From contig CAZWVF010000002.1 of the NCBI GenBank assembly GCA_964637695.1, positions 3,445 through 67,444 of the forward strand: a stretch of DNA of 64,000 nucleotides, written 5' to 3'. The DNA comes from an uncultured Gemmatimonadota bacterium (GTDB lineage Bacteria > Blakebacterota > Blakebacteria > Blakebacterales > Blakebacteraceae). The position numbers and the translations under genes are program-made. The notes under the pieces were generated by a model. That model did no database searches. It was not told where the DNA came from and saw nothing but the letters and a program-made list of their open reading frames with translations. Each line of letters starts with the position of its first letter. The first letter of the stretch is position 1. Shown here piece after piece: positions 59,201 through 64,000 of the stretch.

Positions 59201-60121
59201 AGAATCCTGGTATACAACACCCTGCAGCATCGTTTCGAATAGAGTCCGATACTTTTTCTCATTTGTTTTTAATGCATCAACAGCTTTATGCCGGTCGGTC
59301 ACATTAATTAAAGAGAGCACCAATCCAGATACTGTGCCGTCTTTTGCCTTCGTTGGCACGAGGCTCCAATCCCAAAAGGTGATTCCACGTTCGGGATTGT
59401 TTGCATATTCAAATGGCTTGGCATGAACCATGAAGGGTTCACCAGTGTTTACGACATTGGTGAAGATTTCCTCGTTTTCGGCATTCGGGTACAGGTCGAA
59501 GTGATTCTTGCCGTGGAAAAATCCGGGGTCCTTCTCGTCGGCATCTGCATATGCCCTGTTTACCTCGATGAAGTTGAAATCAGTGTCCAGGAAGGCAGCA
59601 AGAACGTGGGTGCTGGTCAGAATAGTTTCGAGCAACTCAACTGTTTCGTGCAGAGCATTCTCTGTACTTTTTTTCTCGGTGATATCAATCACATACTCGA
59701 TCATATGAGTAACATTATTGTCATCGTCAAAGACGGGATGCGCATGTACTTCTACCTCTCCCGGTTGGCCATCTTCATTAAAATGGGTGTGTTCCGTTAC
59801 CACGGGTTGATGAGTTTCAACGACCTTACGGAGTGGACATATGTGGTCTTCACCCTCACACGGTTTATCGCCCCTGTGGAACAGTGAATAACAGGTTACA
59901 CCCTTCATTTCAGGTTTGAATCTTGTTGCAGTATTGGCCATTTGAATCGTGTAATCGGAGACATCAATCACATAGATGGGATGATTAAGCGATTCGATCA
60001 CTTTGTAGAGAAATGAATCCTTCGTAATCCCCGGTTCTTGCGATCCCAGTTCTTCGATCTTCTGTTCGAGTTTCGAGATCTCCTGCAGAAGTTCTGCTTT
60101 ATTGCTTTTTTTAACAGCCAT
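56279..60121 (-). CDS. Very large multi-PAS sensor histidine kinase (HisKA_3/NarX-type kinase core).
   Basis: 1280 aa with at least 7 PAS/PAC modules and a C-terminal HisKA_3 (ASIAQTIHDELGQNLTA) plus HATPase. Overlaps the LuxR-type RR by 4 nt, suggesting a cognate pair. Confidence 0.8.
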   Translation of the reverse strand: MAVKKSNKAELLQEISKLEQKIEELGSQEPGITKDSFLYKVIESLNHPIYVIDVSDYTIQMANTATRFKPEMKGVTCYSLFHRGDKPCEGEDHICPLRKVVETHQPVVTEHTHFNEDGQPGEVEVHAHPVFDDDNNVTHMIEYVIDITEKKSTENALHETVELLETILTSTHVLAAFLDTDFNFIEVNRAYADADEKDPGFFHGKNHFDLYPNAENEEIFTNVVNTGEPFMVHAKPFEYANNPERGITFWDWSLVPTKAKDGTVSGLVLSLINVTDRHKAVDALKTNEKKYRTLFETMLQGVVYQDSEGSIISANPAAEDILGLAIDQMQGRTSVDSRWKAIHEDGSDFPGETHPSMIALSSGKPVRDVVMGVFHPGKEEHRWILINATPQFREGEEKPYQVFTTFNDITELHNTRRALSASVGFTDLVLNVQKDTFFIFNPASGKAVKWNQAFNHISGYSDEEIAELKVPDSYCTPRDLQKAIAAAEKILAGEDYIFTMELITKDGRKIPFEFSGSMIPGENEGEYFIAATGRDITERLKAEGELKKSEEKFRTLFELSPSSTVYTDLEGNIRMCNQRFIELHATKGDIQEQIGRNVAEFFPPEEHEHLASRIKRTIETVKNLGLVEYSMLREDGTIFPAETDCTVLMDIDGSPIGLIAQAQDITERKAMESALKEREKLYSSIVESMTDGLAVLNKDFEITYWNRAMEDIRGVTREEVVNQKRVPWEIFPYMEEQGMDILMKRAMDGQYTGIEDARHQLQDGSEVFTSESYYPLRSPEGDVDGIIVLARDSSESKKAQDAVRESEAKFRTLFTEMLNGFALHEIILDEEGNPIDYRFLEVNPAFESLTGLKASDIIGRTVKEVLPGIEDDWIQNYGKVAITGEPVTFEGFNAQLEKHYNAHAFCPREGHFAVIFVDITERKLMEEALITSEEKYRELIEKAGIAIMIYQPEDEITFFNDKFADLFGYSVDGITSKSLNSLVHPDDWHGLSAFLSDRIKGAELTTRFEFRGISQDGTERTIECDLADMDKDGVVVGQRLYMWDITNRKMIEHELLRSHEQLRMLSAHIQAAREGERASIAQTIHDELGQNLTAMNMDISWIEKNLLPEQEAVKEKADGIAGLIYETLQRVKRLSAELRPGLLDDLGIVAAIEWHADEFHKASGIKCKMDVDQQIPKLDKDTSVIVFRVFQEIMTNVARHAKATQVKVVFRLVDNQLVLEISDNGRGIKDEEIGKQTSFGIVSIKERARLLGGSVSFEAKRGRGTTVRMLIPMVEEGYSG

Positions 60122-60357
60122 CTTTGATCACACTCCTGTATCAAGATCCATATAAATCCTTGTTTCTATAATTACTGTGATTTTACATCAGGTACGGGCT
60201 TATGACAATTGGCCGAAAAATCGCAGTGTGAAGATGTAATCGCATGGTTGCATTGAGTAGCAAATGATATGAAAATCTGTATCGGTATTGCGAAATAGAC
60301 TGTCGTCACTTACTTGCTTTATTGCGATGAAACATCCACTTATGGGAGCACCAGGAA

Positions 60358-62649
60358 ATGAAACAGGCCCGCTCTAAAAAGAAGAGCAGAGTCAGCATCG
60401 ACCGAAGACAGCAGGAATCATCCGGATTCGTTTATGAAGGATCTTTGAACGCTATCTTTGTCTTCTCTCTTGACGGGAAACTTCTTGATGCAAATCGGGC
60501 CGCGGCTGATTTCTACGGTTATTCAACGAAGGAGCTGACTGGACAGAAGCTCGATAATCTTTTCCATCGCGACTACAGACATACACTCCCAACAATTCTG
60601 GACAGGTTGACGAGCGGCGAATCAATCAGGCTCGATTCTCTCCACAGCAGAAAAGATGGAACACACGTCGATGTTGAAGTCGAAATCTCACCAGTGGCGT
60701 TTCGGGATGAGCCGTGCGGCCTGATGATTGTCAGGGATATAAGCGAAAGGAAACAGGTTGAGAAAACATTAAGAGAGAACGAGCAGAGATTCAGGCAGCT
60801 GCTGGACAGCATGAGCAGCGGAGTGGCGATTTATGAACCGGTCGATGATGGTAATGATTTTGTCTTCATAGATTTCAACAAGGCCGCGGAACATATCGAA
60901 GGTGTCCGCAAGGAGAACCTTGAGGGAAAAAGTGTACAGGTAGTGTTTCCTGGTGTGCACGATCTGGGATTATTCGAAGTTTTCCGGCGTGTTTATGAAA
61001 CAGGCAACCCGGAGCACCATCCGGCCTCCCTGTATCAGGATGAGAGAAAAAGTGGATGGCGGGAAAATTATGTCTTCAAGCTTCCGACGGGTGAGATTGT
61101 TGCTGTATATGATGATGTAACTGAGTTGATGAAAGCAAGGCGGGAACTGGAGGATTCCGAGAGAAAATACCGCGACCTGTATGACAACGCCCCTGACATG
61201 TTCGTGTCAATCGACGCTGAAACGGCAAATATCCGCGAGTGCAATGATAGACTGCTGAAAGCTCTCGGTTATCAAAGAGATGAGGTTATAGGGCAACCCG
61301 TTTTCATCCTTTATCACCCTGACTGTCATGAACAAGCTCAAAAATACTTCGATGCCTTTGTGGAAACAGGCGAAGTACACGATGCTGAGCTTCAACTGAA
61401 ACGTAAAGATGGCAGCAGGATAGATGTTCTGCTGAACGTATCAGCCCATCGAGATAAAGATGGCAAAGTTATATACAGCAGGTCGGTGCTCAGAGACATA
61501 ACCGAAAGAAGGCGTGCACAGGAGGACCTGCGGCAATACGAGAAGATCGCCTCTGCTACCAAGGACCTTATGGCGCTGGTTGACAGCAATTACATCTATC
61601 AGGCCGCCAATCAGGCTTATCTGACTGCATATGCAGTCGATCGGGAAGAACTGACCGGCAAGGCATATAAAGACCTGGTCGGCGAGGATGTATTCCAGAA
61701 CAGGATTAAAAACAGATTTGAACGCTGCCTGTCCGGTGAAGATGTCAGGGTTGAAACGTGGATCGATTACCCCGGAAGCGGCCGTCGATACATGGAGGTT
61801 GCCTACAATCCATTCTACGAACCCGATAGATCAATAACCGGAGTCGTTATCTCGGCCCGCGACCTGACCGAATGGAAAGAAGCGCAGGACGAGAAAGCAA
61901 ATCTTGAGGAACGTCTGCAGCAGGCCCAGAAACTGGAGAGCCTGGGAGTTCTGGCCGGTGGTGTAGCACACGAATTCAATAATCTTCTTACAACAATTCT
62001 CGGCAATGCCGATATGGCACGTTCGCTGACTCCGTCTGCATCCCCTGTTTCCTCAAATATAGATCGGATCTGCCAGGCATCACAGAGAGCCGCCGACCTG
62101 GTGAGCCAGATGCTGGCATACGCAGGCAAGGGAGCATTCCTGGTAAGAGAACTGGATCTCTCGGAAACCATCCGGGGAATGGTTGAAATCCTCGAATCAA
62201 TGATCCCTGAGGGCACGGAATTGAAACTCAACCTGACAGCCGACCTTCCTCCCCTGAAGGCCGATCAGGCCCAGATTCGTCAGGTGGTGAAAAACCTTGT
62301 AGCCAACTCGGCTGAATCTCTTGGGAGTAAGGGGAATATCATTTCGGTATCGACCGGCAGTTTAACCATCGATTCTGAGAATGCTTCTGAATACACAACG
62401 TATACAGCATCAGAACTGGTTGAAGGGGAATATATATTTGTTGAAGTAGCTGACTATGGGGAGGGCATGGAAGAAGATACTATCCTGAGGATCTATGAAC
62501 CATTCTTCTCAACCAGGTTTGCCGGCAGAGGTCTTGGACTGCCCGCCGTACTGGGAATAGTCCGCGGTCACAACGGGAACATAATCATCAACAGCGAACC
62601 GGGAGTCGGAACTAAAGTAAAGGTGCTTTTACCGGTTGAATCGAGTTAG
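60358..62649 (+). CDS. Multi-PAS sensor histidine kinase (HisKA/HATPase).
   Basis: Four PAS/PAC modules, HisKA (LESLGVLAGGVAHEFNNLLTTILG), HATPase_c (GRGLGLPAVLGIVRGHNG). Confidence 0.8.
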   Translation: MKQARSKKKSRVSIDRRQQESSGFVYEGSLNAIFVFSLDGKLLDANRAAADFYGYSTKELTGQKLDNLFHRDYRHTLPTILDRLTSGESIRLDSLHSRKDGTHVDVEVEISPVAFRDEPCGLMIVRDISERKQVEKTLRENEQRFRQLLDSMSSGVAIYEPVDDGNDFVFIDFNKAAEHIEGVRKENLEGKSVQVVFPGVHDLGLFEVFRRVYETGNPEHHPASLYQDERKSGWRENYVFKLPTGEIVAVYDDVTELMKARRELEDSERKYRDLYDNAPDMFVSIDAETANIRECNDRLLKALGYQRDEVIGQPVFILYHPDCHEQAQKYFDAFVETGEVHDAELQLKRKDGSRIDVLLNVSAHRDKDGKVIYSRSVLRDITERRRAQEDLRQYEKIASATKDLMALVDSNYIYQAANQAYLTAYAVDREELTGKAYKDLVGEDVFQNRIKNRFERCLSGEDVRVETWIDYPGSGRRYMEVAYNPFYEPDRSITGVVISARDLTEWKEAQDEKANLEERLQQAQKLESLGVLAGGVAHEFNNLLTTILGNADMARSLTPSASPVSSNIDRICQASQRAADLVSQMLAYAGKGAFLVRELDLSETIRGMVEILESMIPEGTELKLNLTADLPPLKADQAQIRQVVKNLVANSAESLGSKGNIISVSTGSLTIDSENASEYTTYTASELVEGEYIFVEVADYGEGMEEDTILRIYEPFFSTRFAGRGLGLPAVLGIVRGHNGNIIINSEPGVGTKVKVLLPVESS

Positions 62650-62705
62650 AGTTTCTGGATATCGGGGTTTCTACTGTTTCCCAATTGACGACTGTGTAAT
62701 AACCT

Positions 62706-63596
62706 TTATTTACTAATACTTAATAGAATGTTCTCAAGTAATACTTTAGCTTCCTCCAGCTCAGAGAACTCAACCACTCCAACTACAAAATTGGAACAGG
62801 ATTTCGCGATTATTCTGCCATAATACTCTGTATCTGCAATCAGGTTTGAGGGGTCCCCCGCTCCACCCTGTTCTGAGTATTGTCCCTGGCGAATCAGGCT
62901 TTCTCTGAACTGGTTGAGGGCCTGCAGCGCCTGTTCTTCACTCTCCTTGAGAACTATGAATGCCCTGCACTGACCCGAAGGCAGATTGTAGCCGGCCTCC
63001 ATTGCATGTTCGAATGCGGCCTGCGCCAGCAGTCCCCTGGCGAGATACTTGAGAGTATTGGGAACCTGGCCCTCCGCAGGAAGCAGTGCGAGTTCCACAG
63101 GTGGCGCTGCTGCTTCAATCCTGGATGCAAGCTGCTCGGCCTGTTTTTTTATGGCTGATGTAACAACTTCTTCCATCGATCCAGCACTCACTTGAACGAA
63201 GAACCTGCCCTTGTAGAACATTATGTTCAGCTCGGAGACAATGGCCTCTTCTCCGATCTTTTCAAATGTCAATTCAGGTCGGCGATGGCTGCTGTAGATA
63301 CCAAACGCATTAAGGGAACTGCCCATGTCGTAGATGTCGATAGTGAAAGACGCGTACTGATCTTCAACACGTGAATGGGAGGCTGATACCATCTCGACGA
63401 AATTGTAATCGTTGTAGTGTTCAGCTTCTCCATCGATGTACTCGAACAGCGTCTCCGGATAATATATTTCCGGTTCCAGATCCCACTGCCAGCCAGCGGC
63501 ACCTTCCGGACGAGGAATCAGAGACATGACATCCTGTCCGGGCTGGCTGACTGCCGGGTTCAACAGACAACAAATCGCCAGAACCTGAAGCAACAT
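62706..63596 (-). CDS. Hypothetical secreted protein.
   Basis: Start set at the internal Met that gives a signal peptide (MLLQVLAICCLLNPAVSQ), and whose ATG overlaps the upstream stop. No recognisable domain. Confidence 0.4.
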   Translation of the reverse strand: MLLQVLAICCLLNPAVSQPGQDVMSLIPRPEGAAGWQWDLEPEIYYPETLFEYIDGEAEHYNDYNFVEMVSASHSRVEDQYASFTIDIYDMGSSLNAFGIYSSHRRPELTFEKIGEEAIVSELNIMFYKGRFFVQVSAGSMEEVVTSAIKKQAEQLASRIEAAAPPVELALLPAEGQVPNTLKYLARGLLAQAAFEHAMEAGYNLPSGQCRAFIVLKESEEQALQALNQFRESLIRQGQYSEQGGAGDPSNLIADTEYYGRIIAKSCSNFVVGVVEFSELEEAKVLLENILLSISK

Positions 63597-64000
63597 TACC
63601 TGCCTGTCGGATTCGAGCCGGCATCCAGGTTGTTGTAGTTCAGCAGAGTATTGAATACCAGGAAGTACGATCCGAGTGTCTGGCCTCTCCACATCGGGTT
63701 CATGCTGAACATCACGATATGCCCGTCACCCAGGGGTGCATCCACGACCGCTGCGGTTCCGGCAAGCTCTTCACCGCCGGCCAGGCCGCCACTGATCAGC
63801 AGATCATCCGCATTCTGGCTGAACCTGACGACCGTCCTGGTTCTGGCGGTTGAACCACTGAACTGTCCGCGACCTCCCGGTCCGCCGGCAGCCTGTTCGC
63901 CCTCTTCCTGCTGCAGGCGATACTCCTCAATGCTTCTCTGGCCCATGTCACGTGGTCGACCCTGTACCCTGTCAGGGTCGTTCAGACTGCCTCGACCTGA
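63596..64000 (-). CDS. Hypothetical protein, C-terminal part only; the gene continues beyond the window end.
   Basis: The reading frame is open from the window end to the stop at 63596..63598. Gly-rich low-complexity segment. No family recognised. Confidence 0.3.
   Translation of the reverse strand, partial: SGRGSLNDPDRVQGRPRDMGQRSIEEYRLQQEEGEQAAGGPGGRGQFSGSTARTRTVVRFSQNADDLLISGGLAGGEELAGTAAVVDAPLGDGHIVMFSMNPMWRGQTLGSYFLVFNTLLNYNNLDAGSNPTGR

Noticed and set aside
1-64000. Looked for CRISPR arrays, rRNA genes, intact IS/transposase or integrase genes.
   Set aside because: No regularly spaced direct repeats, no rRNA-like conserved blocks, and no ORF with transposase or integrase motifs other than a weak HDLRH fragment. 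Only MITE-like non-autonomous elements are present.

Overview
This is a GC-rich bacterial chromosomal segment, about 58-60% GC with several lower-GC islets, mostly densely packed housekeeping genes. An M14 peptidase with a T9SS-type C-terminal sorting domain points, by inference, to the FCB superphylum (Bacteroidota-related).

Main contents, left to right:
- A partial DUF2723 membrane protein, a QueG-like Fe-S protein, fumC, arfB, a secreted M14 carboxypeptidase, an AlkD-like DNA alkylation repair protein, an MMPL/RND exporter and a YeiH-family transporter.
- A low-GC islet holding a minimal-nucleotidyltransferase plus HEPN-like gene pair (candidate toxin-antitoxin or defence module), flanked by a 184-bp MITE-like element and a truncated alpha/beta-hydrolase remnant, followed by an agmatinase.
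- A 9-gene aromatic amino-acid operon: chorismate mutase, DAHP synthase, tyrA, aroA, aroE, aroC, aroK, aroB, aroQ. It is preceded by a promoter-like site, a 36-codon leader ORF with three consecutive Tyr codons and an intrinsic terminator that abuts the first RBS. This is a candidate tyrosine-sensing leader-peptide attenuator.
- thiC behind a clear TPP riboswitch, and a GT2 glycosyltransferase.
- A feo locus with a membrane-anchored DtxR-FeoA fusion and feoB split into overlapping G-domain and permease ORFs.
- A second M14 peptidase carrying the T9SS C-terminal domain, proS, a beta-propeller protein and tRNA-Arg(CCG).
- A second identical copy of the MITE-like element, an excisionase-family HTH gene, a tandem HD-GYP protein, an unannotated 31-aa bS22-like basic peptide and HU.
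- Cell-envelope genes sppA, a LysM/MltD-like transglycosylase and a SPOR lipoprotein.
- A DHS-like gene, a heptosyltransferase, a TsaC-LMW-PTP fusion, purE, purD, an OM beta-barrel protein and tRNA-Arg(CCU).
- A low-GC tRNA-adjacent stretch, a B12-binding/URO-D-like methyltransferase fusion and malic enzyme.
- A dense two-component / c-di-GMP (HD-GYP) signalling cluster with a 1280-aa multi-PAS kinase.

No CRISPR array, rRNA or intact IS element was seen.
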